DNA of 64,000 nt from the NCBI GenBank assembly GCA_965662065.1, contig CBFIGD010000003.1:60141-124140 (forward strand). Reading direction: 5' to 3'. Made by a program: the position numbers and the translations under genes. This DNA comes from an uncultured Porticoccaceae bacterium (GTDB lineage: Bacteria; Pseudomonadota; Gammaproteobacteria; Pseudomonadales; Porticoccaceae). Each line of letters starts with the position of its first letter. Within the stretch, counting starts at the first letter, position 1. Below, piece after piece: positions 34,966 through 45,076 of this stretch. Below the pieces are notes generated by a model. It was not told the origin of the DNA and searched no databases. It saw only the letters and a list, made by a program, of their open reading frames with translations.

Positions 34966-37866
34966 CTATAGCTCCTGACGCAGGTTGTCTGAGTCATAAA
35001 ACGGCAGTTCTACAACCTCGGCAGTAACGCGCACACCGCCGGATGATTTGATAATAATACTGCTGCCTGCCGGAGCACTCTCGGGGTTGACATAGGCTAG
35101 CCCAATAGGCTTTTTCAATGTCGGTGAATAGTTGCATGAAGTCACTCGCCCGGTCATCTGCTCACCATCGAGAACAAGGTGGCTCTCTTTGGGGATAGGT
35201 GCGCTAAGATCATTGATAACAAAACCGACCAGGCTGCGTAGCTGGGGTTTTTTGTCTAGCTCGCTAATGGTTCTGCCACCGACAAAGAAGGGTTTTTTGC
35301 GGCTCACTGCCCAGCCCATCTGTACCTCCATAGGGTTCGACATGGCGTCAGTGTCCTGACCAATAATAATATGGCCTTTTTCCAGGCGCAGTATTCGCTG
35401 CGCTTCAATGCCAAAGGGCCTTATGCCCTGTGACTGTCCCGCCCCCATAAGTGCGTCCCATAGGGCCTCACCACAGTGCTGGGGCACATGAATTTCGTAA
35501 CCCAGTTCACCCACAAAGCCGACGCGAATCAAGCGCGCTGCTATACCGGCTACGGTACCTTCACGAACACCCATATAGGGAAAGGCACTGGCGGATAGAT
35601 CCACGTCTGTGCATAGCTTGTTCAGTACTTCCCGCGCCTTGGGGCCCGCAATATTAACGCCGCAATAGGCAGAGGTGACATTGGCTATATCGATATCCAG
35701 GCGCCACTGCGCATTCCATTTGAGCATATTTTGGTAGACGCGATCTACGCCGCCGGTGGTGGCTGTGACATAGTAATGGTCATCGCTAAACCTGCAGGCA
35801 ACCCCATCATCTATGACTACGCCGGCCTCATTGGTGAGCAGGGCATAGCGTGCTTTACCTACTGGTTGTTTAGCAAAACCAAAGGTATAGAAACGATTGA
35901 GGAATTCACCGGCATCTGGGCCGCGCACTTCAATACCACCGAGCGTGGAAACATCCACCAGGCCAACATTGGCGCGTACATTGTTAACTTCATCGTTGAT
36001 GCAGCTCTGACTGTTGGTTGCTGAGCCATAGAACGCGGGTCGATACCAGGCCCCGGCTTGCAGCATCTGGGCACCTGCTTCCAGGTGGCGATAGTGCATA
36101 TTACTGCGACGCGCGGGGTAGAAGCTGCGTCCTGCACTGTGGCCGAGGTGCTCGGGGGCAAATGGCGGCCGCGCTGTGGTGACACCAGTTTGGGCTACCG
36201 TGCGGTTGGTTGCCGCAGCTACCAGGCGGGCTGCCGCCAGTGCCGAATGACGGCCCTGAGAGGGCCCCATGCCACAGGTCGAGTAGCGTTTAACCAGTTG
36301 AATATGTTCATAGCCATCGCGGGTCGCATTAATAATATCGGCAATGGTCAGGTCCTCGTCATAGTCGACGAATTCTTTACCGCTAGGATGGGCGAAAATA
36401 GGCCATGGGTGGTTGGGGCTGACCGATTTTCTGGCAATCTGGGCAGGAATATTTGCCTTGGTCAGGCCCAGTGCATTGGTGGCTATAGTCGCCGCCCGGG
36501 AGGCTTCAGCTAAACAGGCATCAAGATCCCAGTGGCTATTGACCGAACCGGCTATATGCAAGCCAGTGGGGCAGTTGGTTAGGGTAAACATGGCGCTGTC
36601 GTCGTCATAGCTGAGCTGGCCGCCAGCCTGACAAGCCAGCTGATAAGTGGGGGTGTAGCCCACTGCCATACACAGCAGATCACAGGCAATCACCTCACCT
36701 CGATCGGCACAGATGCCTGGGCTGACTATTTTGCGAATCTCGACACCAGATAAATGATTATCTGCTCTGTGCGCCTCATAGACTGCCCAGCCAGTTTCTA
36801 TGCGAATGCCGCGGGCCGTCGCCGCTGCAATCATGCTGTCCATATGAGGCTCTTCACGCAAATCAATGATAGCTTTTACATCAACCCCGGCATCGAGCAG
36901 ATCCAGGGCATTAGCGTAGCCGTCATTATTGCCAGTGACAATTACTGCAGCCTGACCAGGGCAAACTGCATAGAGATGAATCAGCCGTTGCGCGGCGCTG
37001 CTCATCATGACACCCGGCAGATCGTTGTTGTGGAAAACGGCTTGCTGCTCCAGTGCGCCAGTACACAAAATGGTCTGTTTGGCGCGCACCTTGTACAGGC
37101 GTTTGTGACGAATAATGGGCAGCCAGTTATCGGCAAACCAGGCATTACAGACGGCGTCGGTCATGCAACTAATATTACTCTTGGCCTCTATCTGTTGAAT
37201 CAGTTGCTCGCGCAACTGCGGGCCGCGAACAGCCTCGGTATCAAAGCGGGCATAATTTAATGAGCCACCGAGGGTAGGATTTTCATCAACCAGCAATACT
37301 TCACAGCCATCAACCGCCGCGGTTAGTGCGGCCTGCATTCCCGCTGGGCCAGCGCCCACTACCACTATATCGAAAAATTTATACTGCTTGTCATAGTAGT
37401 CTGGTTCCAGCTGTTGATTGATCACGCCAAGGCCCGCTTTTTTGCGAATTAGCGGCGCCCATTTCTCCCATATGCCGCGCGGCTTAAAAAAGGCTTTGTA
37501 GTAAAAACCCACAGGTAAAAAGCGTGAAAATAGTCCTAGCAGAGCGCCGCGATCACGGTTGAGGCTGCCGCTGTAGTTCTGACCTGTAACGTCCAGATTG
37601 TCGCTAATGAGTTCACGGTCGGCCAGAGCATTGGGGTTAGACGGCAGCTGCACCAGGGTATTGGCATCCTGGCCGGCCATGGTTAATACGCCGCGTGGGC
37701 GGTGATATTTAAAGGAGCGGCTCAGCAGCCATTGCTGATTAGCAGCCAGTGCACTGGCAATGCTATCACCGGCAAAGCCCTCACAGGGTTTGCTTTCAAA
37801 GCGAAAGTTTAGTGGCGCGTCGCGATTAATTAGGCTGCCATAGGGTTTGGGAAGACGCTGTTTCAT
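34966..37866 (-). CDS. soxA: Sarcosine oxidase alpha subunit
   Basis: 966 aa. N-terminus ...FRFESKPCEGFAGDSIASALAANQQWLLSRSFKYHRPRG, an NAD-binding VVVGAGPAGMQAAL, and a C-terminal GcvT-like folate domain. Confidence 0.95.
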   Translation of the reverse strand: MKQRLPKPYGSLINRDAPLNFRFESKPCEGFAGDSIASALAANQQWLLSRSFKYHRPRGVLTMAGQDANTLVQLPSNPNALADRELISDNLDVTGQNYSGSLNRDRGALLGLFSRFLPVGFYYKAFFKPRGIWEKWAPLIRKKAGLGVINQQLEPDYYDKQYKFFDIVVVGAGPAGMQAALTAAVDGCEVLLVDENPTLGGSLNYARFDTEAVRGPQLREQLIQQIEAKSNISCMTDAVCNAWFADNWLPIIRHKRLYKVRAKQTILCTGALEQQAVFHNNDLPGVMMSSAAQRLIHLYAVCPGQAAVIVTGNNDGYANALDLLDAGVDVKAIIDLREEPHMDSMIAAATARGIRIETGWAVYEAHRADNHLSGVEIRKIVSPGICADRGEVIACDLLCMAVGYTPTYQLACQAGGQLSYDDDSAMFTLTNCPTGLHIAGSVNSHWDLDACLAEASRAATIATNALGLTKANIPAQIARKSVSPNHPWPIFAHPSGKEFVDYDEDLTIADIINATRDGYEHIQLVKRYSTCGMGPSQGRHSALAAARLVAAATNRTVAQTGVTTARPPFAPEHLGHSAGRSFYPARRSNMHYRHLEAGAQMLQAGAWYRPAFYGSATNSQSCINDEVNNVRANVGLVDVSTLGGIEVRGPDAGEFLNRFYTFGFAKQPVGKARYALLTNEAGVVIDDGVACRFSDDHYYVTATTGGVDRVYQNMLKWNAQWRLDIDIANVTSAYCGVNIAGPKAREVLNKLCTDVDLSASAFPYMGVREGTVAGIAARLIRVGFVGELGYEIHVPQHCGEALWDALMGAGQSQGIRPFGIEAQRILRLEKGHIIIGQDTDAMSNPMEVQMGWAVSRKKPFFVGGRTISELDKKPQLRSLVGFVINDLSAPIPKESHLVLDGEQMTGRVTSCNYSPTLKKPIGLAYVNPESAPAGSSIIIKSSGGVRVTAEVVELPFYDSDNLRQEL

Positions 37867-38159
37867 CTTGAGTCCTCCGTGGCACTAAAATCAATACGCT
37901 CAGCGAATATTTCGCTAGCTTCAAAGGTGCGAATTACCTCGTCAGTTATGGTGTTGCGCTCGGCTAGAAACCAATATGAGCTGGGGGTATGACACCACCA
38001 CTCGGTGACTGTGCCTGCAGCATTGTCATGAAAGAAAACATGCTCAGCCCAGGCTCTTGAGTCTGTGGTGTTAGGGTCGGGCATGGGGTGGTATTCACCG
38101 CCATAGGTAAATTCAGAAATATTGCGTGGGCCATTTAAGGGGCAGGTTAAAAGTTTCAT
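37863..38159 (-). CDS. soxD: Sarcosine oxidase delta subunit
   Basis: MKLLTCPLNGPRNISEFTYGGEY... is the typical SoxD start. Start moved to ATG 38159, which is preceded by GAGGGGAA. The stop overlaps the soxA start. Confidence 0.9.
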   Translation of the reverse strand: MKLLTCPLNGPRNISEFTYGGEYHPMPDPNTTDSRAWAEHVFFHDNAAGTVTEWWCHTPSSYWFLAERNTITDEVIRTFEASEIFAERIDFSATEDSR

Positions 38160-38169
38160 TGCATTCCCC

Positions 38170-39411
38170 TCAGTGGCTGGCGGCAGTGGCGCCGGCTTCG
38201 TTAATTTGTTCAAAGCGATAGAAGCGCTCTAACTCAAATGGCTTAATGAGTTCAGGCACCTTCTTGGTAGCGACTAATTCGGCCATGGTGACACCGCAGA
38301 TTGGTGTGGCCTTAAAACCCCAGGTACCCCAGCCGGCATCGAGATAATAATTTTCTACCGGGCTCAGGCCCATAATGGGGCTGTAGTCTGGGGTCATATC
38401 TGTAGTGCCCGCCCATTGACGCAGCATTCTGGCCTGGGCTAAAAATGGAAATAATTCCAGAGCGGCGGCGCTGAGTGACTCACGCTGATCTAATGTGGCT
38501 CTGGTGTTATAGAGCGGGTAGGGGTCAGAGCCTCCGCCTATAACAAATTCACCGCGCGAGGTCTGATGCACATACACATGCACCTGAGGTGAGCTGACAT
38601 GGGGTGTTAAAATCGGCTTGTAGGGTTGGGTGACCATGGCCTGAAGTGGGTAGCAGTGAATAGGCAGTGGAATCCCCGCTTTTTTAGCCACGATGGAACT
38701 GGCACCAGCGACTGCCTGCACCACGGCACCACATTCAACCCGACCGCGGTTGGTTTTGACGGCAGTGACTCGGCCCTGGGTAATCTCAATATCCTCAACT
38801 TCGGTGAGCTGGTGCAGTTCTACGCCGCGGTCACAGGCGCCTTTGGCATAGCCCCAGGCTACTGCATCATGGCGGGCTGTGGCGCCGTCAGCATGCCAGA
38901 GTCCAGCCATAATCGGGAAGCGTGAATCTTCAGACATATTCAGGTTAGGGACTAATTCGGCAATGGTTTGGCGATCGACCAATTCTGAGCGCACACCAAG
39001 ATGTTGGTTGACCTCGGCACGCCAGCGGAAGCTGCGGATGGCGGCATCGCTATGGGCCAGAGTGAGCTGACCGCGGTTTTCCATCATCACGTTGTAGTTA
39101 AATTCATTACTCAGGTTGTTGTAGAGTTTGACCGATTCGCGATAGAACTTAACCCCGGATTCAGTCAAGTAGTTGGAGCGGATAACTGCTGTGTTGCGCG
39201 CCGTATTGCCGCCGCCCAGATAGGCTTTCTCTAAGATGGCTACATTGGTAATGCCGTGATACTTGGCTAGATTGTAGGCAATAGCAGCACCATGGCCGCC
39301 GCCGCCAATGATGACCACGTCGTAGTGCTTTTTAAGCTCTGTGGCAGGGGTGAAATGATGTTTTGCCGGGTATTTATTACTGAGCCCGTACTTTAATAAC
39401 CCAAACGGCAT
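38170..39411 (-). CDS. soxB: Sarcosine oxidase beta subunit (FAD/FMN)
   Basis: YDVVIIGGGGHGAAIAYNLAK dinucleotide fold, 413 aa, in soxBDAG order. Confidence 0.95.
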   Translation of the reverse strand: MPFGLLKYGLSNKYPAKHHFTPATELKKHYDVVIIGGGGHGAAIAYNLAKYHGITNVAILEKAYLGGGNTARNTAVIRSNYLTESGVKFYRESVKLYNNLSNEFNYNVMMENRGQLTLAHSDAAIRSFRWRAEVNQHLGVRSELVDRQTIAELVPNLNMSEDSRFPIMAGLWHADGATARHDAVAWGYAKGACDRGVELHQLTEVEDIEITQGRVTAVKTNRGRVECGAVVQAVAGASSIVAKKAGIPLPIHCYPLQAMVTQPYKPILTPHVSSPQVHVYVHQTSRGEFVIGGGSDPYPLYNTRATLDQRESLSAAALELFPFLAQARMLRQWAGTTDMTPDYSPIMGLSPVENYYLDAGWGTWGFKATPICGVTMAELVATKKVPELIKPFELERFYRFEQINEAGATAASH

Positions 39412-39446
39412 AGTGTTTTGCCCCTACAGTTGCAGGCTAGTCGTTG

Positions 39447-40325
39447 TTAGCCAGCCAGAAATACCACAGTTTTATTACCGTCGAGAAAGACGCGACGCTC
39501 TACGTGATACTTAACAGCCTTTGCCAGCGCCATGCATTCGTTATCGCGACCAACTCGTACCAAATGCTCCGGACTATGGCCATGGTCAACCCGGGTCAGA
39601 ATCTGTTCAATAATTGGCCCCTCATCAAGGTCTGAGGTGACGTAATGGGCTGTTGCACCTATCACCTTCACACCGCGGTTATAGGCTTGATGGTAAGGCT
39701 TAGCCCCTTTGAACCCGGGCAAAAATGAATGGTGAATATTAATACAGCGCCCAGAGAGTTTCTCAGTCAGGCTGTTTGACAAAATCTGCATGTAGCGCGC
39801 CAGTACTACCAGCTCGGATTTAGTCTCTTCAATAATCTCCAGTAGGCGTTTTTCCTGCTGAGCTTTGGTGTCTTTGGTCACTGGCAGGTGGATAAAGCGA
39901 ATACCTTCGCGTTCAACCATGGGGCGCAGATCCTGATGATTGGAAACCACTGCTGTAATTTCCATATTAAATTCGCCTTTGCGACGGCGATACAGAAGAT
40001 CATCCAGGCAGTGGTCGTATTTAGACACTAATAGCAAAGTCTTTACCGCCAGTGCCGGATTGTGAAACTTCCAGCTCATATCAAATTCGTCTGCCAACTG
40101 GGCGAAGGCATGTGCCATGTCGTCAATCGATGGCGACTTTTCCTGACGGCGAAATACCGCGCGCATAAAAAATTTATCGGTTGATTCATCATCAAACTGC
40201 TCAAGGGCACAGATGTAACAGTCTCGATCGGCGAGAAAACAGGTTACCGCGGCTACAACACCACTCCCAGCGCGGCAGGTTCCGGTAAAAATAAAATTGT
40301 CACTTTTATTGGTGGTGGCGGTCAT
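39447..40325 (-). CDS. purU: Formyltetrahydrofolate deformylase
   Basis: An N-terminal ACT domain plus a formyltransferase core (INIHHSFLPGFKGAKPYHQA), 292 aa. Confidence 0.95.
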   Translation of the reverse strand: MTATTNKSDNFIFTGTCRAGSGVVAAVTCFLADRDCYICALEQFDDESTDKFFMRAVFRRQEKSPSIDDMAHAFAQLADEFDMSWKFHNPALAVKTLLLVSKYDHCLDDLLYRRRKGEFNMEITAVVSNHQDLRPMVEREGIRFIHLPVTKDTKAQQEKRLLEIIEETKSELVVLARYMQILSNSLTEKLSGRCINIHHSFLPGFKGAKPYHQAYNRGVKVIGATAHYVTSDLDEGPIIEQILTRVDHGHSPEHLVRVGRDNECMALAKAVKYHVERRVFLDGNKTVVFLAG

Positions 40326-40773
40326 TATAGCTACCTTGGGGCAGGTTCAAGTTGACCGGTATTTTAGACCGGCTGGGCTAAAAGCGTTAGGGAAATCTTT
40401 GATAATGGATAACGGGTTAAATAATGGCGGTGCAGGCGATAGCGGTCAAAGGGAACAGGCTGGAATAAGTGTCATTAATCGGTTGAACTTCTATCAGTCT
40501 GCACAGCGACTAAACGGCATCATTGTGTTTGAAGGTATGCTCGCAAAATTAGATAGCGCTATTGCATCATGGTGGTCGATCGGTGGGTTTTGGTGTTGTG
40601 AGCACCGATAATAGTGGCCCAGAAGAGACCTAGGCTCTGTTTCCTGAGCTCACAACTTAGACGTCATCTGGCCTGGATTACAGTGGGATGTTTTGCCTTG
40701 CGGATATAGGTTCTCTGGCTATTATTGCAAAACTATCTTGATTACAGACGCTAAACCTTGCACTCTTTAACCC

Positions 40774-41385
40774 ATGAGTATAAATCGATTACGTCTCCTG
40801 ACTACGTTACTAATGAGCCTGGCAATTTCTGGCTGCTCGACCTATCAGCCCAAGCAAACCAATGACGTCTGCCAAATTTTTTGGGGTGAGACAGATTGGT
40901 ACAAAGATGCGCGAAAATCCAGCAAACGTTGGGGTACGCCCATCGGGGTGATGATGGCAATTATCAATCAAGAGTCTACCTTCCGTGCAGATGTTAGGCC
41001 CGAACGTCCCAAATTTTTGTTTATCCCGCTGCCGCGCAGGTCCTCCGCCTATGGTTATGCTCAGGCACAGGATCCAGCCTGGAATGACTACCGTAAAGCT
41101 ACAGGGAACTGGAGCCATGATCGCGATGACTTTGGCGACGCGATAAACTTTGTTGGCTGGTACACTAATATAACTCAGCGCCGCCTTGGGGTTTCCAAAT
41201 GGGACGCCTATAAACAGTACCTGGCCTATCACGAGGGTTGGGGTGGTTATTCTCGAGGATCATTTAATAAAAAACCGACACTGCTAAAGGTGGCGAAAAA
41301 AGTTAAGCGCAAAGCGGCTACCTATGGTGCGCAGCTTAAGAAGTGCAGCGGGGCATTGGACAGGTCGGTTAAGGGCTGGTTTTAG
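40774..41385 (+). CDS. Lipoprotein with lytic transglycosylase (SLT-like) domain
   Basis: Lipobox LAISGCS. Catalytic-type motif MAIINQESTF followed by AYGYAQ. Confidence 0.65.
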   Translation: MSINRLRLLTTLLMSLAISGCSTYQPKQTNDVCQIFWGETDWYKDARKSSKRWGTPIGVMMAIINQESTFRADVRPERPKFLFIPLPRRSSAYGYAQAQDPAWNDYRKATGNWSHDRDDFGDAINFVGWYTNITQRRLGVSKWDAYKQYLAYHEGWGGYSRGSFNKKPTLLKVAKKVKRKAATYGAQLKKCSGALDRSVKGWF

Positions 41386-41494
41386 ACACGGAGAGCAGCG
41401 CAGTTGTCAGTGCTGGATCGGTTGTCTCCGGAGAGGCATTGAAAGACTCCCCCAACTAGATACTATACAAATAATAAAAAATCACGAGTGTGTA

Positions 41495-42982
41495 ATGTTA
41501 AAAAATCATGTTGATGTCGTTATCGTTGGGGCAGGTCTGTCTGGAATAGGGGCTGCCTGTCACCTTGAGCGGCACTGCCCAAATAAAACCTATGCCATTC
41601 TCGAAAGTCGCGACGCAATGGGTGGTACCTGGGATCTATTCCGCTATCCAGGTATTCGTTCTGATTCAGATATGCACACATTGGGTTACAGTTTTAAGCC
41701 CTGGCGACATGAAAAGGCTATTGCTGATGGTCCAGCCATTCTTGAATATATTAATCAGGCTGCGAAAGAATATGAGGTCGAGCAGCACATCCGCTACAAC
41801 CAGCGCGCGACTAAAATTGCCTGGGATACAACTACCGGGCTGTGGACGCTAACGATTGCGGGGACCGGTAAGCGGGCCAAAAAAATGACCTGTAAGTTTA
41901 TTTACAGCTGCACCGGTTACTATCGCTATGACAAAGGGTATACCCCGGATTTTCCCGGCAGTGAGCAGTTTAAAGGCCCTATCATTCATCCTCAGCAATG
42001 GCCTGAAGATTTGGATTATGCCGGTAAAAAAGTGGTGGTGATCGGCAGTGGTGCCACGGCAATTACGCTGGTTCCTGCCATGGCCAAAACAGCAGGTCAT
42101 GTGACCATGTTGCAGCGCTCGCCGACCTATGTGGTGTCTCGGCCTGAAGAGGATGCATTTGCCCTGGGCCTGGCCAAATACCTGCCAGCTAAACTGGCTT
42201 ACCTGATAACCAGATGGAAAAATGTCTCTCAGCAGGCATTGCTCTACCAATTGAGTCGCCGTCGCCCGGAAAAAGTTAAAGCCATGCTTCGTAAGCTAAC
42301 GCGACTATCGCTGGGTGCGAGCTATGACATTGATACGCATTTTACTCCGAAATATAACCCCTGGGATCAGCGGCTCTGTCTGGTGCCCAATGGTGATTTA
42401 TTTCATTCATTGCGCAAAGGCACTTCAGAGGTTGTTACAGACCATATCAAAACTTTTACCAAAACCGGTATAAAGCTGGAGTCCGGTACTCTGCTTAAAG
42501 CGGATATTGTGGTCAGCGCGACAGGACTTGAATTACTGGCAATGGGTGGCATGCAAATTGTGGTGGATGGTAAAACAGTTAAGTTGCCAGATACGCTGGG
42601 GTATAAAGGTATGATGCTGAGTGATGTGCCTAACTTTGTGCTGGCCGCGGGTTATACCAATGCATCCTGGACGTTAAAGTGTGACCTCACCAGTGAATAT
42701 GTCTGCCGCATGTTGAATCACCTCGACCGGCATAGTCTCGATTACTGTGTCGCGCGAAACAATAACCCCAATTTAGAGCGTGTTGCGTTTTTAGACCTGG
42801 CATCTGGCTATGTGGACCGCTCAATCGACCAGTTTCCAAAGCAGGGCAAAGTCTCGCCCTGGCGTCTTCAGCAAAATTACTTGCTAGATATTTTGAGCCT
42901 GCGTTTTAGTAGGATGAGAAGTGATGAGATGGAATATGGCAGAGCCACTGCCGCGCAGGAGAGTGGATCAAAGGCGGCCTAG
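41495..42982 (+). CDS. Type I Baeyer-Villiger / flavin-containing monooxygenase (EthA-like)
   Basis: FAD motif VVIVGAGLSGIGAA, BVMO fingerprint FKGPIIHPQQWPED and NADPH motif VVVIGSGATA. Start moved to ATG 41495. Confidence 0.85.
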   Translation: MLKNHVDVVIVGAGLSGIGAACHLERHCPNKTYAILESRDAMGGTWDLFRYPGIRSDSDMHTLGYSFKPWRHEKAIADGPAILEYINQAAKEYEVEQHIRYNQRATKIAWDTTTGLWTLTIAGTGKRAKKMTCKFIYSCTGYYRYDKGYTPDFPGSEQFKGPIIHPQQWPEDLDYAGKKVVVIGSGATAITLVPAMAKTAGHVTMLQRSPTYVVSRPEEDAFALGLAKYLPAKLAYLITRWKNVSQQALLYQLSRRRPEKVKAMLRKLTRLSLGASYDIDTHFTPKYNPWDQRLCLVPNGDLFHSLRKGTSEVVTDHIKTFTKTGIKLESGTLLKADIVVSATGLELLAMGGMQIVVDGKTVKLPDTLGYKGMMLSDVPNFVLAAGYTNASWTLKCDLTSEYVCRMLNHLDRHSLDYCVARNNNPNLERVAFLDLASGYVDRSIDQFPKQGKVSPWRLQQNYLLDILSLRFSRMRSDEMEYGRATAAQESGSKAA

Positions 42983-43024
42983 AAAATTTTCCAGGCCGCA
43001 GACAATCGTCAGGCGTGCTGAGGA

Positions 43025-44692
43025 TTACTGGCTGTAAACGCGCTTGCCAGCCACCCAGGTCTCGAGGACCTGCGTCTGCCACAGGGTCTTTGGCTCAATG
43101 TGAAAAATATCTCGGTCGAGGATAATAAAGTCTGCCCACTTGCCCGCGGTTAATCCGCCTAGTCTATCTTCCTGGTGAGCGGCCCATGCGGCATCAATAG
43201 TAAAGCTGCGCATAACCTCTTCTAATGTCATGGCTTCTTCGGCAATCCAGCCACCTGCAGGCATATTGTTCTGGTCCTGCCTGGTGACTGCGGCATGGAT
43301 TCCATGAAAGGGGTTGGCCAGTTCAATAGGGTAGTCTGACCCAGATACGACGCGACTGCCCTGGTCGAGAAACGAACGCCATGCATAGGCGCCTTTTAGG
43401 CGTTCTGCCCCGATTCGATCTTCGGCCATGTTCATATCACTGGTGGCATGGGTGGGCTGCATCGAAGGAATAACATCCAGAGCTTTAAAGCGCGCAATAT
43501 CATCCAGGCTCACAATTTGGGAATGTTCAATACGGTGGCGCAGATGGCGACCACCCACTGTGGCGTAAGCATGCTCAACTTCGTCCAGTCCAATACGATT
43601 ACCCTTATCACCAATAGCGTGAATTGCGACCTGAAAATCAGCTGTAATCGCCTTTTCAAAGAGGTGACGAAGTTGCTCGCGGCTCGTCAGCAGCAGTCCT
43701 GTATGGCCGGCTCGGTCTGCATAGGGCTCAAGCATAGCCGCACCGCGACTGCCGAGTGCCCCGTCTGTGTAGACTTTGATGCTGCGCACCGAATAATAGT
43801 CTTGGGCATCGACACTGTGCCCCGCGGCTAAAGCTTCTTCAATATCCTCATTGGTAGACGCGAGCATGCCGTAAATGCGTACCTGCATATCGCCCTGGTC
43901 CGCTATCTGGCGATACAGTTTATGTTCAGCGGCGCTAACACCAGCATCATGGGTGGAGGTGATGCCCAGACTTAACAGATGTTGACTCACCGTATCCAGT
44001 GCCAGCGAGATTTCATTATTGTTGGGTGACGGGATAACCCTGGTTACCAGATTCATTGCGTTGTCGATCAATACGCCTGTCGGTTGGCCGCTGCTATCTC
44101 TAATAATTTCACCACCCGGGGGTGACAATGTTTCTTTGGTGATGCCAGCCAGTGCCAAGGTTTGGCTATTTGCCCAGCCAGCATGACCGTCAATACGCTC
44201 TAGCCATACAGGACGATCGCTAATCTGTGCGTCTAGTATAGCGGCACTGGGAAACTGTTTTTCAGGCCATAGCACCTGATTCCAGCCGCGGCCCTGAATC
44301 CACGTCAGCGCCGGATTTTTGGCCGCATACTCGGCTACTTTCTGAGCGGCTTGCGCAGCTGAGTCGAGATTGCGGATATCCACGGTAAGTAATGTGTAAC
44401 CCAGAGTCGACACATGACCATGGGCATCAGTTATGCCGGGGATAAGAGTTTTGCCCTGACCGTCTATTTTCTCCGCATCGGGATAGGCAAGCGAGAGCTG
44501 TTCGTCACCAGTTGCCATTACCACACCGTCTTTGATGGCGATGCTCTGGAACTGCTGTAGCTGGCGCTCATTGTCAAAGGTATAGCCGTTGATATTGTCA
44601 ATCACTAATGTGGTTGGAGCTGGTTGTTCAGAGCAGCCAACGACCACTAAGGCGAGCAACATATAGGTGGTGAGCCAGTTAAATTTTGCCAT
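43025..44692 (-). CDS. Amidohydrolase-family (YtcJ-like) metallohydrolase lipoprotein
   Basis: Lipobox LVVVGCSEQ and metal motif GITDAHGHV, ~555 aa. Start moved to ATG 44692. Confidence 0.85.
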   Translation of the reverse strand: MAKFNWLTTYMLLALVVVGCSEQPAPTTLVIDNINGYTFDNERQLQQFQSIAIKDGVVMATGDEQLSLAYPDAEKIDGQGKTLIPGITDAHGHVSTLGYTLLTVDIRNLDSAAQAAQKVAEYAAKNPALTWIQGRGWNQVLWPEKQFPSAAILDAQISDRPVWLERIDGHAGWANSQTLALAGITKETLSPPGGEIIRDSSGQPTGVLIDNAMNLVTRVIPSPNNNEISLALDTVSQHLLSLGITSTHDAGVSAAEHKLYRQIADQGDMQVRIYGMLASTNEDIEEALAAGHSVDAQDYYSVRSIKVYTDGALGSRGAAMLEPYADRAGHTGLLLTSREQLRHLFEKAITADFQVAIHAIGDKGNRIGLDEVEHAYATVGGRHLRHRIEHSQIVSLDDIARFKALDVIPSMQPTHATSDMNMAEDRIGAERLKGAYAWRSFLDQGSRVVSGSDYPIELANPFHGIHAAVTRQDQNNMPAGGWIAEEAMTLEEVMRSFTIDAAWAAHQEDRLGGLTAGKWADFIILDRDIFHIEPKTLWQTQVLETWVAGKRVYSQ

Positions 44693-44819
44693 CAGAGTTA
44701 TATCTCTTGGTTCATTATTGGATTTATATGCACAAGAAAGTGCCACTTATAGTTTGTCCTATTTGGGGTAATTGCGCGAGTCTTTCTTCCCCAGAGCCCA
44801 GAGGCTGCTGAATTTTCCG

Positions 44820-44847
44820 TTGACTAATCATTAAAAACTGGTACATT
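44820..44847 (+). promoter_or_regulatory. Candidate sigma70 promoter upstream of ilvI (TTGACT-16 nt-TACATT)
   Basis: Read from the sequence. It would give a ~225-nt leader. Confidence 0.3.
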
Positions 44848-45076
44848 GCAGCTGTTCTGTGCCTACCAGCGCAGAGATTATGGACAAAGTACCAAGTTGG
44901 CGTTATCCACGTCGCTGGTCATCATCAGGGAGGGCGCTTGAACCCGAAGCGCCAGCTACAGTCAAACAGCACTTACCAGTGTGACTGCAACTTGTCGCAA
45001 TCGCGACACCACTTTTGATGTTACAGCCAATTGCCACTGAGAAAAGTCCTGAGCATAATTTTAATGAGGACATATT

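Noticed and set aside
40297-40611. 104-aa ORF in the purU upstream region. Also a cobalamin-riboswitch-like stretch GGCGGTGCAGGCGATAGCGGTCAAAGGGAACAGGCTGGAAT (40426-40466).
   Set aside because: The ORF starts at TTG inside purU and has a featureless sequence. The RNA stretch shares only the AGGGAA core. It lacks the B12 box and the conserved GCxGCCCC/ACTG elements, and the downstream gene (a lytic transglycosylase) is not a B12-regulated type.
41389-41435. Two GGAGAG motifs and a long imperfect hairpin between the lipoprotein gene and the BVMO gene, considered as a tandem glycine riboswitch.
   Set aside because: The conserved CACCGAAGGGGCAA-type cores are missing. The structure is more simply a weak intergenic hairpin or terminator.
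44880-44985. Possible ilvIH leader peptide and attenuator: ATG 44880 ORF MDKVPSWRYPRRW..., a TTG-initiated LALSTSLVIIREGA, and hairpin GGCGCTT-GAACCC-AAGCGCC.
   Set aside because: Neither peptide is enriched in Ile/Leu/Val runs, and the hairpin has no following T tract.
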